Notes: generated by a model from the letters alone, not told the origin. A stretch of 64,000 nt of DNA from Saccostrea cucullata (GCF_032062105.1 NW_026934771.1:310001-374000); one strand, 5' to 3'. Shown: positions 49,801 through 64,000, counted from the stretch's first letter. Made by a program: numbers and translations.

Positions 49801-52800
49801 TCCACACACACTCTCATCTTGTCCAGCAGCACCCCTACAGAAGTGGCCGATTCAGGTCCATTGTCCTTCTCCAGTGGAAGCAGGAGGGGCACTAGGGAGG
49901 GGGTGACGGCTATCCCCCTCAGTAGCTCCAGCAATGCCCGGTACAGAGGAATGTGACGTGCCATGTCTAACACAGAGTCATTTCTGAGATAGGAAGATAT
50001 GGCGGGGACTATACAAGACTGACTTAACAGTTCATAAATCACGTCAGGGAGCAGGGATTTCTCGGCCGGGGAGGTAAAGTTTTCGGACTCAAACTCTTTT
50101 GGGATATCACCTCCTGGGTTTACATAGCTGGCAAGAACCTGCGATAATGAGTTAGAATGTTGCAAATTCAAACAATTCAGCATTTGAAAGCATTTATTCA
50201 TTTTATTGACAGGTTATAATTTTTTTTCTGCTTTTCTGCAGCTATTACTGTGCTTTTAAACTGCACCACACTGGCAATGGATTATAACCATAATACACTA
50301 CTACACTATGTATCCAGTATGATGAACAATATCGTAGATTTCTTTACACACTCACCTGTAACAGACAAGCTACATGCTCCTCCTCACTCTTCTGCCTCAT
50401 CAGCGCCTGTTCCGCATCCCAGCTGGAGGTGGTGGACCCGGTCCCGAACCCCGTCCCTTTGGCCCAGTACTGCTGGGATTTCTCCTCAGTCTGGGTCTGG
50501 ACCGGGACACTAGCCGGGGTGTTAGCTGACTGCATGGCAGACAAGATCAACTGGGCCTGGAAAAAATCAACAAGTATACTGTGTTAACTAAATACACCAA
50601 AGCTTACAGTGTACTTTTTATTCATTTAAGTTTATGAAAATTGGACAAGTAGACCAATTTTCAGGGACACACAGAAATAAAATATAAGAATATTTTTTCA
50701 TATGAAATAAAAAATTCCCATAAATTGTCTTATAATAATGACTTCAAATTATTTAACTATGAGTTCCTTATTTATCTATTTACATGTACTCCAACTTCAC
50801 CTTAAACAGAAAATCATAAAATTTGAATTTTATCCCCATTCTCACTGACCTCTTGTTGGAAGCCTTGGACTGGTACCCTGGGGGCGTGGTGACTGAGGAC
50901 AGACAGACAGGCCAGGATCAGGTGTATGGCCCAGATATCCAGGGACATCCTCCTCAGCAGCACCCCGTCATCTGTAGTCAGGGGGGAGCTGTCATACAGA
51001 GACTTCAGGACCAGGAATGGCAGGGTGGGGAGGGAGCAGGCGATGGGGGATGTCAGAATGTGACCTAAAAATGGAAATTATATTGCAAATGTAGATGAGA
51101 CATTATGACCAAATAAATATTCTGTTAAAGGAAACTTTTCAATTGAAATATGTGCATGTATTTTGTGGATTATTCAAAACTCTTATATTTATTAAAAGTA
51201 TTTTTTTCAGCTGAATGTCTGGGGAATAACTTTAGTTAAGAAAGATGACATTAATAAAATAAATGTTTTTTCCCTAAAATGTTCATTTTAACAATGAATT
51301 TGTGTCATATTTTACCATGTATGGTATATCTATTTCCTTGAAATTACATTTTTTCTGCATCATTAATTTTGAAATTTGTCATTAGACAATGATTGCATTT
51401 TAGTAAATAGAGGGTCTATAAATGTACCTTCAGGAAGCGTCTCAAGAATTAATCAATTATCTTATTTGTTAATTATAATTACCTCCATCTCCGTCATCGG
51501 TGACTCCTAACACCAGCCTCAGCAGACACTGGGCCTTCTTCCTCTCCTTCAGCAGGACCTCAGCGTATCCAGGAAGTCGAAGGAACAAGCCAAAAGCGAC
51601 CAATGAATGAGGAGGAATGGTCGGCAAGGCAACAGGAGGGTTGCTGGTTTTGGCTACCAGTGGCTGAGAGAGTTCATAATGCTAAAATAACAATTTTCAT
51701 AATTGAATAAACAAATGTTTTGATACTGTAAATGACAACATTTTGGTTACAACTTTTTTTGTATTGGGTGGTATTTATAAGCAAGACAAAATTTTCACAA
51801 AATCTGGATACTGCTGAATGTAATCAATATCAATAAAAACTCATGATAAAAAATAACATTTTCTTCAGCAGACTCTTCCCATAATTACAAGAAAATAAAT
51901 TTCTTGCAAAATTAAAGTGAAGAACAGTTTACATATCAAGCCGAAATAAATTTCCATTAATTTCAAGTTTACATATCAAGCCGAAATAAATTTCAATTAA
52001 TTTCAATCAGACCCATCAAAACTCTACATATACAACTGATTACCCACCTCATAGAAGTCCTCTGGGAAAGGTTCAATCATGGACCACTCCTCTGCTATAG
52101 ACATGTTCTTAATCATGTTGTCCAGGCCTGACTCCTGCATGATGGACTGTCTAGAAACCTCGGGGTACAGCAGGGGCAGGTGCTCAGCTAGGAGGGCCAG
52201 GCCCCCCACACTGGCGAACACCTGTAGGGAGGTAGGGAAGGGGGACACAGTGGTCAGGGCCTGATCCTCATCCAAGTCCCCCCAGCCATCTCGCTCACCT
52301 GGAAATCATAAGCATTGTGAGAAAGATGTATGAAGAAATCTGTGTTTCAGAATCCTTTCTTTAGTTCATTTATTAAGTTTATAATTCACAGACTTATAAG
52401 AAAAAAATGTGTAAGACTATCAGTGCCAACTTCACTCCTAAAGTTAAGCTTGTTATTACAAATTTATGCATTTTTTCACTTGCTCTTTCATATTGAAAGA
52501 AATCTGCCATGTCTGGATTAATATTGATCTGGTAAGTGATGACTCCAATCAGCTAATCTGTTTTGTGACCAATACTTACTTTGATCTGGCTGGTTGCTGT
52601 CCTTGTGACCAATACTTACTTTGATCGGGCTGGTTGCTGTCCTTGTGACCAATACTTACTTTGATCTGGTTGGTTGCTGTCCTTGTGACCAATACTTACT
52701 TTGATCTGGTTGGTTGCTGTCCTTGTGACCAATACTTACTTTGATCTGGTTGGTTGTTGTCCTTGTGACCAATACTTACTTTGATCTGGCTGGTTGCTGT

Positions 52801-55800
52801 CCTTGTGACCAATACTTACTTTGATCTGGCTGGTTGCTGTCCTTGTGACCAATACTTACTTTGATCTGGTTGGTTGCTGTCCTTGTGATCAATACTTACT
52901 TTGATCCTGGTTGTGGCTGGCTGTCCTTGTGACCAATACTTACTTTGATCTGGCTGGTTGCTGTCCTTGTGACCAATACTTACTTTGATCTGGTTGGTTG
53001 CTGTCCTTGTGACCAATACTTACTTTGATCTGGCTGGTTGCTGTCCTTGTGACCAATACTTACTTTGATCTGGCTGGTTGCTGTCCTTGTGACCAATACT
53101 TACTTTGATCTGGTTGGTTGCTGTCCTTGTGACCAATACTTACTTTGATCTGGCTGGTTGGTGTCCTTTTTCTCGTCTTGTTTAATGGAGAACTCTAGGA
53201 CATTAAGTCCGTGCTGCAGTCCTCTCTGGTGTAGGACCTGTAACAGCTGGGATAGAGTTAACTCCCCTGGCAAGGAGGTGTCTGGAAAGGGAATTTCATG
53301 ACAATGTTAACAAAATAATGCTCTGTACAGTACAATGGTCAACAATAAGTCATGTATCAAATGCTTTACTATATAGGGGGAAAATAACTCGCGGTGTAAA
53401 TATTCACTATATTCACGGTGTTAATAAATCTGTGAATTCAAGAAACAGTGAATAAGTCTTTATTAAAAAAACATTTTTTTTCTTCAATATGAGTCCAGCT
53501 AGCGGTAGATACTAATATGCAAATGCAAACATGTAAATCACATACTCGTTTCGTAATTAAGAGTGGAACTTGATGTTTAATTATTTAATTTCTTTTCATT
53601 CAGATCGCCAGATAATAACCCAAATTTATCGTTAAAACACCTGTTACAAATAGCCAATTACCTGTTTGATCAATAAAAACATGTCAGTCAAGATTACCCG
53701 TGCGTCACAATGACCTCGGGCGCTTTCCGCATAACAGCAATGTAATTGAAGATTCATTCGAATTTTTTATTTCTGTTTTCTTTATTGAATAAGGTTGTTA
53801 TTTGAATATGTACATGTTACAGACGTTACATAATAAATGCAATCGAAATTGAATTCGTCACTGAACCAGGCTAACAAATTCCATTCACTTAAACCACTAA
53901 ACCAGCACTTTTAAACGACTGAATGATCACATCCTTTTGATCGACTAGTTTGTTGATGGAATTCACAATCCACTGTGCATGTTTTTCTTTAATGTAGGAC
54001 AGTTTCAGATTCACTTCTAAATCCTCAAAACCGACTTTTTCCAGTGATTTTTCAATTTCTGCAGCGTAGTATTTTTGAAACTCGTTTCGTAAATGCTGTT
54101 TAAATAAGTTGTTGGGAATCAAATCTAGCGGTTGTATTTTATCCGTACACGCAGCAGGTACAAAAAGGACTCAGATTCTTTTTCTTGCAAGATAATCCAG
54201 GAATTCGTCACTATGATGAGCTGTGAAAACGTCGAATATACACAGACCTTTCTGTCCCAAAGGATAGTCATTTTCTTCTCGGATTTTCTGTAGATACGGG
54301 ATAATTATTTGGTCAATGTAGCGAATCATTGTAGAAGTGTTTGACCAGTGGTTTTCGCTGTGATAGATGTCATATTCCTTCGGAAATGGAAACCTTGGGT
54401 GGCATGTGTCTGTTTTACCTTGATAGAGCAATTGTGGAGGTAGGACTGCACCACTCCTCGAAATGGCTAGCAGGGCTGTCATTTGACGTTTGTCGTCGAA
54501 GCCCTTTAAGGGGACTTGTTTTGATCCTACAACAAAAATTTGTTTTAATACACATTTCCTTCATTTCATTTTCAAACAATATTCATTTATCAAATAATCA
54601 TAAATAATTTGAAATTAAAAAATAAATTTACCTGTTTCGGCCATGGTCCATTTTCCGCATGGAACAAAATTTACTCCCGTTTGATCCCAGTTGATGATCA
54701 TTTCGTCCGGAATAGAATCCTCCTTTACGACGTCCTGGAAGCGTTTAATAAAAGAGTTTTTAAGGTCATCAAAGTCACTTGGAAGAGATTTTACTCCTTT
54801 GGTGGCACGGCGCGTAGATAATCCCATTCGTTTCATAAGTGATTTAGCCCATTCAGTTGTCAGTTCAATATGACCTCCGTTTTCAGCCAAAATAGATTTG
54901 TTATGGTGTGAAATAATTCCTCTTGCAGCCCCGATCACGACAGATGAATTTACAGCTGAGCCTTTTAATCTAAGTTGATGTATGTACGCCTGTATCATCT
55001 TGTCATAAAATCCAACTTTTAATGGGCGGCCTCTTGGTGAACGGGGTAACGATGGAGGGGTATTTTTGTTTTCTGAGTTCGGTGTTTTAACAGCCTTTAA
55101 ATAAGCTTTTCTTATGCTGCGAACTGTACTCTCATTTACCGTATACGCCCTAGCTGTTTGGAGAAATAACGGGCTGTTTTTGCTGGCCCTGAATCGATAT
55201 AGTATCGGGCCATTTTCCCTCTAGTTTCTGGAGAATACTGTCCGTAATCTTCTCTTTTTCTTTTTTTGGACGAGCACTGACCATTCTGACTTTCAGGCGC
55301 AGAGTCCGATGCCGAGTCAGCGGAACGCTGAATTTCATTTACTAATTCATTTGCTGAAGAAAACGCGCAAGCTTCCTCATTGTCAGAACACTCCCGCGGA
55401 TCGGGGAGTAAATCTGATGGAGGGGGTTTAAAGTTAATTTTTCCGTATTTCAGCCAGTTTAGCATGGTGACTAAGGAGTGAATAAATCTATACTGAACAC
55501 TTTATTTAAACCACCCTTGAGTATAGCTCATAAGTAAATACATCTCACTGACGTTCTCTGGTTTTCAACATAACAATAGGAGTTGTCGTTCATGCTAAAA
55601 CGGTGCAATATTACATACAAAGGGAGGTAACTTTTAGAAACAAAAAATCCGCGAATTCAAGAAACCGCGATCGTGTCAGATGAGAGAAAACCGTGAAAAT
55701 TACAATCCGTGAAATTAATCCCCTATACAGTATTCCCCCTGACATTTTAATCAGGAAATTATTATTAAGGAATCTGTTATCCGCAAATAATACTCTGTAA

Positions 55801-58800
55801 CCAAAATCATAACAATGAAGTAGATGCACACTGTGTTCTTTTCAGGCACAGTAATTTAAATTTTACAACATGTACATGTACATTAGTAGACTATACTGTT
55901 AAGTACATGTAAATGCCGATATCTACTTACTTGGCATGGATTTGTGGCAGATGCCTAGAGTGGGAAGTGGCATCTGTGAGCTGGAGTTTCCCAGGTTCTG
56001 CCTCCCTCGGCGAGTTGGGGGTCTGGGGGGTAGAGATGTCTTCCCAGACTTATCCTCTTTCTCTCTCTTCTCCTTTGCTGCCATACTAGCTGCTACTAAA
56101 GGATAATAACAAAACGTCAAATCTGTGCAGACTAAGGCACCATCCTTTACATTTTGACTTTAAGAAAAGCATATTAGCAAAGGTGTAGAGATTACTTAAA
56201 TTTTGCTATTTATTCTGCATCAGAGGTAACCATCATGTCTCTATGCACAATAAAATTGCTAAAATTACTTCTCGCTAAAATTAAGTACTGAGTTTTAAGG
56301 ACTAATTGCTAAATTTGTGTCTCACTAAAAATTTTACTTACTGGGTATACCATATCTTTCAATATCCATGTTAAAATGAATGATGTGATATGCATGCGCT
56401 ACATATACATACCCACAGAACTGGAAAGATAGCTGGCCATCTCTGTATAATTACTCAGGTTGTCTTTCTTGGATTCATCACTTTTTTCTGATGCTTTCTC
56501 CAGGAACTGACCAGGAAGGAGAGGAAGGTCTGAAATTGTTAAGCAAGTAAGATACTTTAAATTTAATTGACCAATATACGTTTTTCATATCTAGCTTGTA
56601 ATAACTTATTTGATTTGGTTAGAAAGCATGGACTAAATTTCTATACACCTGATTTGAGGGTTTATGGAAATAAAACCCCGGGTAAATACCTGTACACCCT
56701 GAAGTGGACTTGGTTAACTAATAATTTACTCCAAATTTCCAATATAGAGTAAAAGATATCCTTGTAAAAATCTTTACAATAAAATAATATGGATAGTGGA
56801 TCCTATGATTTTATCTCACCTGTGACTTTGCTTGTTATCTCGCTGATCGTTGTGTGAAGACTGACCAACATCACCTGGGTGTTACGTCCCCCAGTAAAGC
56901 GGGGGTGATGTACACCGTTGTTTAATTTGGGCTGCATCATGATCTTCCCACTCTGTTGGCCAGACTTCAGCACTACCAGGACCTTCTCATCCTCCAACAA
57001 GGCCTGAAGGAACAAACACCTGGTGAATCCCGAGAGGGGGAAATTCCCCAACAGCTGACCTGTTAAGAAAAATATACATGCATAACACTATATACACATG
57101 AACAAAATGTAAAATTGATGGGATACATTAAAATTACTAAAATTAGTTTTTTAAAATTTTCCTGTATTGAACTATTTATTCTAATTTTTCACAACTGTGC
57201 ATGATATAAATTAATTTTAATAGTCATTACGTTGTTACAAGAGACAGAGATGGGTCTGCACTATCTACTATAAATTTAATAAAATACTCAAAGATTTTTT
57301 TTTGGATGAATATGTACATAGTGTACCATGCACAGCACAATGTGGTATAATTTATGTATCCATATAATATTTGTTGGATACAGCTTAATCTCCATCTCAA
57401 ATGTTACCTGATTTTGAGGAGGAGCTCTGCTCTTTAATAACCTCTGATAAGACTTTGGCAAACAACAGCTGGTTAATGATGTGACAGGACATGACTTGTG
57501 TGAAGAAACAGACAGCAGCTGACTCAATGCTTCCTCGATTCTCCATCGTCATGATCTAAGAACAGGAGATGAAAAAAATCAAATCAGGAGTGATGGAATA
57601 ATCATTTTCTTTTTATACAACTACATGTACATGCATCTTTATCAAAAGCAAAAATTGAGTCTTTTTTATGTACACCCCCCCCCCAATTTTACGCTGTGTA
57701 AAAACATTATAGAGTACGTTTTTTACTTTATGTTGCAATATACATGTAGTTGTATTACAGTGTAAAACCAATCAGTAACACTGACCCCTTCCCTGGGAAT
57801 GCTGGCTGGAGCTGTAGTGGACTGTATGGGTGTATTACACAGCATGGTCAGTAGGGAGGGCCAGAAGATGTTCCCCTCATGTCCCCCCAACCAATCTTTC
57901 ATCAGCGGCTCAGTGGAAACCTTGGCCAGGAAATACAGAACAGAGGGCACCATGTCTGCTGTTATCCAAAGGGCTTTGTCTGAAATAACCAAAATCAGTA
58001 TTTCAATGATTTTTATACATAAAAGAAAAGTATAGGTTGGTATATTGTGAAATCAGATATTTTCGTGGGGTTTTTATTTTTATTAAATTTTCTCCACCTA
58101 TGAAATTAAATCCCTTTGAACCAGTATTTTTTCCTCAATCCACAAAAATACATGTAAGTGAATTTTTAGTACTTTTTTCTTTATTATTTTTAAATAAGCA
58201 TTCTTGACATGAATTACTTTTCACATTACAGCTGACCTTGTTTAAAAAAATATCTTTACTATTATATTGCAAGTACCTTTTAAGTCAAAACCGCTAAAAC
58301 ATTGTATACTTAATTCTATGACTTACCTGACACAGTCCTGGACATGGATCCCAGCACTGACCCTGAGGCCCCACCCTCGTCACACATGGACTTGTGGGCA
58401 TCGGTCATTCCCTCTGGAGGTGAATAATTCTCCGTGAACTGAAATATCACTTTGTTACAGAACTCAAACAAGCCCTGGGCCAGCACGGCCGGAAATCCTG
58501 AATCTAGTAACTGTTTAATGGCCACAGCAGACTGACAGGTCAGAGCGAGGGTGGAGAGACAAGACTCCTCCAGGGTGATGTGATGGAAGTCCTGGGGGAA
58601 CCTCTCCTGGGTCTGAGACCGCGGTCCCTCCTGGGCACTGCTGGCCTCCTTCGAGTCGTCCGTCATGGACCGGTGGTGGCGGTTGTCCTTGGAGTCGTCC
58701 GTCATGGAGCCCTGGTGGAGATGGGAGTTGTCTTTGCGGTCGTCGCTGATGGAGGCCGACAAACTGTTTTCTCCGGTCACAGTGATGCCCATCCACAACA

Positions 58801-61800
58801 GGATCTGGGAGAAGTACTCGGGGTTGATGTGACAGATAGCACACAGTATGTAATCTACCGACTGCTTCAAGTTATTGTCGGTTTTCAGAGTTGTGGACCA
58901 TTCATAAAGGAAACTGAAAAATGAAAAATTTACAGCAATTAGACTTCCCCCAAAATTCCATGCAATTTCTGGTAGTTTTTCTATTTTTGAAATAATGCTT
59001 CAACTAGAGAGATGATCAGAGGGTAGAAAGAGCTTAAAAAGACTCATTTTTCACACTATTAAATTTGGAGAAATTTCCCTTATACGTATTCCTGTACCTG
59101 ACTAGCTCCCTGGTAACAAGACCACCGAGATCATACTCCACAGGTAGATCATTGCTCTGCCACAAAATGGCCGACACCACTTGTATGTGGGAGGGGGCGG
59201 GACTAGGAAGGGAAGATAACTCCTGCTGAACTCTCCTGTATCCTTCAGAAGTGGAGAGTGAGGACCTCTGTAGGGCCAGTCTGGCACTGTCCTTCAGCCA
59301 GCTCAACAAAGCCTGAACTCTGTAAACACAAAACAACATTGTTTATATGTATAATCTGAATGATAAATATTGTGTTCTTAGTGGGCTTCATATTTAAGCT
59401 ACTTTATCAAAGACAAAACTGTGCATGAATACCCTCAATAGTATTGTCTACAATTCTGGTCAATTAATACAATAACATACAATATAAAGCACACATGTAT
59501 GTATAAGTGGCATTGATTCATGATTATGCCAAACACTCAATACCCAAAGAATTATATCAATTCATGAACAAATACTTTTCTTTTCTTTTCTTTTTTAATT
59601 CTATTAGTTTAAAGTTATCTCTTTCTTCCTTCCTTATGTGATTTATTGTGTAACACATACCTTAATCTTGTTCCATGGTCTTGGACCATTCCTAGCTGAT
59701 ACAGCAATTCCACAGTGGATTCATTGGCCTGGCCACTAACTTTTCCAAGGTATGGCATACCAAAACCTTTTAAAACAATTAATTCATGAATTATCACACA
59801 TACTTAACTATATCATTGTAAAATCAATTTTTTGTGGTTTGAGGTAATAAGAGGTTTTAAGGGATTTGATTTCATGGTTGAAGATTAGTTTTATGAGTCT
59901 CTTAATGAAAATTTAACCCTCATAGTACTTGTATAAACTTAGCAAAAATGTTCTGTCTTCTTCTATGGATAATGTTAAATTCACTTTCACTTCTGACATC
60001 GGAGACCTGTACCTGAATTAGCCCTGTTGCTGGGACTCCTGAGTATGTTGTCCACAAGAGCCAGCCCCATGTCTACGGAGTGGAGTCCCAGACACAGCAG
60101 GACCTCCTCAATGTTAGGGACGTACACACTGGATATAGGGGAGACCAGCAGGGCCGAGCAGGTGTTCATCAGATTGGGGATCTGAGCCGCGCTGTTAGCT
60201 ACAGCTTCCTCCACCTCCTTGTAGGCTGTCAGGCAGTGATGTAACAATCGGATCCAACGAACACTGCAATAAATCATAAATACATAAAAACAAATTTCTA
60301 TCTTTAAACATTTACACCCCCCCTCAAAAATTAACAGTAGATTTTCCACTCAATATTGAAAAGACCAACAAAATTTATAAACATGCATCTTATAATCCAC
60401 TAAATTATCCATTTAAATGACACAAACCTTGACCTGGCAACATAATCCTCGTTTGGCATGAACACATTCTGAGGTGCTGAGCTGGAGTCTCCGAAGGCAC
60501 TGTAGCCCATCAGCATGATCTGTGACAGCCCGATGGTCATGGAGTCCCGGGCCTTGTGGAGCCTGATGGTCACCATGGTGGCTATCTGTGGCCGCTGGAA
60601 CTGCAGCTTGATGAAGGCCAGACTGCTGGTCATCAGGGGGTGACAGAGGGGGGTAGAGGTCACTCCGTCATGACTCAGTTCTAATGACACACTTGAGGGA
60701 CAGGCTAAAGTAGGAGAGTATCAAATCCAGATTTTACTATAAATTCTATCTCTCATATTTGCAATACAGTAAAATGTACTTATAGCAAAATGTCAGTGAC
60801 AGACAATTTTGCCTAATTCATTATGTTCCTTGTGAATACATTTTAAAACCACTGGGAATAAAAATCACTTTGATATAAATGTAAATTCCTTAGAAGCTAT
60901 CTTGAAATTGTAGAACATTTCTCCATTTGAACCCTGTATTTAAGTATCAATTAATAAATGATTACACATTACTTACTTGTGAGTGATGTACCATGGGGCT
61001 GTATCTGGACCTCTTTGAGTAAGACAGCAAAAGGCAGCTGAATTGTTAGATCCACCCATGCCTCGTCAGGGTAGAAGTGGTAGGACCAGGCGGCCGAGCG
61101 AGCTCTCCTGTGTGGAGGAGAGGATTGTATCAGGACCTCGGCCGGACTGGCAGTGGGACTACTGGAGCAGATGTATCCTAAAAATAGAACAGCATGTTTA
61201 CTTGAGCAAATGTATCCTAAAAATAGAACAGCAGGTGTACTGGGAAACCCCCTGATCAGGTGTCTTAGATTTCTTTGCATCATTGAACACTAATAAATTC
61301 TTTCAAAAAATTTGTTTAGAAATAAAGTTGATTTTTTTTTCACATTTGTAAATGAAAATAATAGTGTGTAGTTACCTAGTGGAGCAAAGTTTTGTAAGCC
61401 ATCTGGGGACTCAAAATCACTGTTCTTTTTCTCTAAGCGAGATCGGCCATTGAGGTTCTGCATTATGGTAGATATCAGACTAGGGTTTGTGCTTATTATG
61501 CGACAGTTACAGTTGACTAGATTTTGACAGATTATAGATATTCCACCTAGAGAAGCAAAAAAAAAAATTCATTAAAAAGTTTCTTCAATCAGTTCACAAT
61601 ATACACATACTGTACACATACTATAAGATTATAGTAAACCTAGAAGAAATTTCTTGATGTACTCTACATTCATGAAAAGTAAATAGTCTCAATATCTGAA
61701 AAAAATGTGGCTACTTTGGATTAAATCTATTCTAAATATTAATTGAACATGTATGTGGCACTTACCCATTTCTAAGAAGGTATTAATTGATCTAGCACTA

Positions 61801-64000
61801 TCTAGAACTTTGAGTATGAACCACAGGAGAGGTTCAGAGAGTTTGTTCAGGGACTGCTGTGTTCTGACGCTGTATGAACCGGACAGGTACTTGTACAGGG
61901 ACTCAATCACACACCTGCTGTCCGAGCACAGCCTGGTTAAGGTCACCAGGATCTGGTATATCCCGTCCCCCACCGAGATCGGTTCACCCCCAGTAAACGT
62001 CTCCTGCATGTTGCTGGAGATTCCTCGGCTTCCCAGAATCATAGCCATCGTGTTACTGTTGCAGTAGCTCAGGGCCTGTATCAGATTGCACATAATTTGA
62101 TGGTGGCCCAGGATTAAGTCTGTGACATAGGCCTGAGTGTTGAGAGTTTCTGTCTTCTGTTCGTCGGTCTGTTGGCTCTTTTCCTCATCCGACAGCCTTA
62201 CCCCTGGGGTCGGGGTAGAGGTGGCCAGGGCCTGCTCCAATTTGGCAGAATCTGGGACGGGTTCTGACATGCTGATGTTTGTGGGCGTCATGGGTTCCAC
62301 GGTAGCTGAAGAGTCCATGGCCACAGAGGATCCACGGGCATTCCTGGGAGAACTACACTGAATCTGAATCAGATTGTTTACAAGTTTCAGAAGACTACAC
62401 ATCAGGAGGTCCCTGCTGGCATCGGAAGTCTTCGAATCGCCACCCCGCAGGAAACTGGCAAAAAGTCCCCCAAAACAGGACCTGGCATTGACAGAGTTCT
62501 CTGAGGTACTCCTACAAGAAACTTTCTCCTGACACAGAATGTGTTGGTGGACTAAACTGCTAATAGACTCGATAACACTGATGGCATTACTCAGGTCTAC
62601 ATTCTCATATGTCTGATCCAAGATAAAGTCCATGAATTTACACTGAGCATCTAGTGGACCCAGACCACAATGGAAAGCCCCTCTGTAAAGATGAAATTTG
62701 TGTATTAATCTGTCAAGCAGCATGACATAGCTGACATTTCAAGGTGACAAAAGAGAACAACAATTTACCTTTCAGCACTTAAAGTGTAGACTAATTTCAG
62801 CATCAGCTCTTTTAATTTCTGATGATAGTCTTGAGGACATTTTCCCAAAAGTCGTAATAAAAATTCATAGAATGCTTTGGTAGCAGCAGGACCAACCTAA
62901 AACAAGGAGAGAAAAATAAAAATTCAAACTCACATTATTTACTCCATCATTTTTCAGGAGACAAAGAAACCAAAATACAAGATAACTCACAGTTGAGAAC
63001 TGAACAGAAGAAGCAGTAGGCCCATTATCTGACGTCCCTGACAAAAACTTCTTGATGACACTGATCAAGTTAGGATCAGACAATAAAGGAACAATCATGG
63101 ACACCTCCCCCACCTCGCTGAGACCGGGAATCCTCTGATTGGCTATAAGGGTGAGGCTCTGGAAGGCCAGCACCCAGGAACTGATGGGGAGACTGGGGAT
63201 AGCCGTGAGGACCTCGAGGAGTGTGGACACTGAGGAGGAGCTGAGGAGAATCAGAGGAGTCCTGGAGGAGTCGAATATAGGGCCCCCCGAGGCGTCGGTA
63301 TTGCCCTCACTGTTCAGGGTCAGCCAGAGCTGTAGGAGGGAGTCCAGGTTAGAACACTGAGGGAGGAGGTGACATAACAGGTTGTTGTAGCAGGAACTCA
63401 ACATCTCAGCTGAAGATACCTGAAGCATTGAATATTAATTATAACTATAAAAGCATAAAGTAATTTCAGGTGCTCTTATTCAAAATTGCTTTTCAAACAC
63501 AATGCACTAAATACTGTACAATCCATTATGTTTCTTTTTTTTATTCAGAATGTTGCATACAGATTGGAGAAAGAGAGACGGAAGAAATTTTGTTTCCAAA
63601 TATCTCTTTATAAAGGTCCTAAAATGAAGCAAGAAAATTGGCTATCAATATACATCTGTACAATACCTCTGACTGTGAGAATGAAGCGGTGGCCTGTGAC
63701 AGTTCATCATCAGTGGGGGGCGGGGCTGAAGACAGGGAGTGACCTACATAGGGGGCTGGTGGGAGGGTGTTACTAAATGCCTGCTGGACCCCCTCAGTAT
63801 GCAGTGACAGCATTACCTACAACAGAAATAAGTAACTTAAAATCGATTTTAAAAATCCTCTTAATACACACACATTTATTCACTACAACTTTATTGTCAG
63901 TGACAGATTGACTTCTGTGATTTTCTGTGATCTGTACTTTAACTATCAAACAAAGAAATCATTGCATACCTTTAACCTGAGTTCAGCCTGAGTTTCCAAA
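45082..64000 (-). CDS. BIRC6: BIRC6/BRUCE/Apollon, 3' portion (~29-30 exons, including the UBC E2 domain); continues beyond the window
   Basis: [92 protein letters not shown] and [19 protein letters not shown] exons run from ~63816 to the stop at 45082. Confidence 0.96.
45568..46962 (-). mobile_element. HINE carrying a ~167-bp satellite array in the last BIRC6 intron
   Basis: aacaagaggcccatgggcc...gctcacctgag at one end, and (acag)n plus an agctcacttgagcctttggctcaggtgagctaaaa hairpin at the other. About 6 tandem units. Confidence 0.88.
52563..53167. repeat. 40-bp minisatellite (~15 copies) spanning a BIRC6 exon/intron junction
   Basis: Unit ccttgtgaccaatacttactttgatctgg(t/c)tggttgctgt, containing minus-strand AAA|GTAAGT. 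Confidence 0.95.
53369..55730 (-). mobile_element. pogo/Tigger-like Tc1-mariner DNA transposon, near full-length, inactive
   Basis: TA-flanked TIRs ct(a/g)tatagggg. Transposase 55465-53889 has an HTH region, INWDQTG, IFDVF and IQPLD. Intron at ~54528-54630, frameshift at ~55145 and stop at 54171. Confidence 0.88.

Noticed and set aside
51927-52006. Two-copy ~40-bp intronic duplication
   Set aside because: A simple local duplication that does not include a splice site.
52563-53167. CRISPR-like array, and ORF 52816-53016
   Set aside because: Head-to-tail units with no unique spacers in a eukaryotic intron. It is a minisatellite.
58515-58924. Overlapping alternative ORFs on BIRC6 exons (also 61753-62361 and 63139-63360)
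   Set aside because: Shadow frames of GC-richer coding exons with no recognisable motifs.

Overview
This is AT-rich, intron-containing animal genomic DNA, most likely a bivalve (oyster-like, inferred from Helentron/HINE-type satellite carriers). Bases 4281-22973 are a nested transposon cluster whose boundaries can be read from the sequence. The outer element is a small LTR element (A; GTAA TSD, tRNA-Leu PBS) encoding only a 212-aa zinc-finger protein. Its 5' LTR is split by two insertions. The first is a split-direct-repeat DIRS/PAT tyrosine-recombinase retroelement, itself hit by a 696-bp foldback MITE. The second is a 13-kb Gypsy element (B; GTAG TSD, near-identical LTRs) containing a hAT fragment, a HINE satellite carrier and a small MITE. 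Gypsy B is the most unusual feature. It has a helix-hairpin-helix motif at the front of Gag, a -1 frameshift signal, an H3K4me3-reader-type PHD finger at the integrase C-terminus, and a third ORF fusing a zinc-finger-like domain to an MBLAC1-like metallo-beta-lactamase-fold hydrolase with intact metal ligands. The rest is a gene-dense host region: ARMT1 (-) head-to-head with NAA80 (+), CHAC2 (-), a MITE-disrupted single-coding-exon ZDHHC (+), an intronless SRSF3/7-like RRM gene (-), and the 3' portion of BIRC6 (-). BIRC6 introns carry a HINE, a pogo-like transposon, a 15-fold tandem amplification of a splice donor and a duplicated splice acceptor. Bases ~24690-26140 look like an assembly-consensus artefact. 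All calls were made by eye with no database searches.
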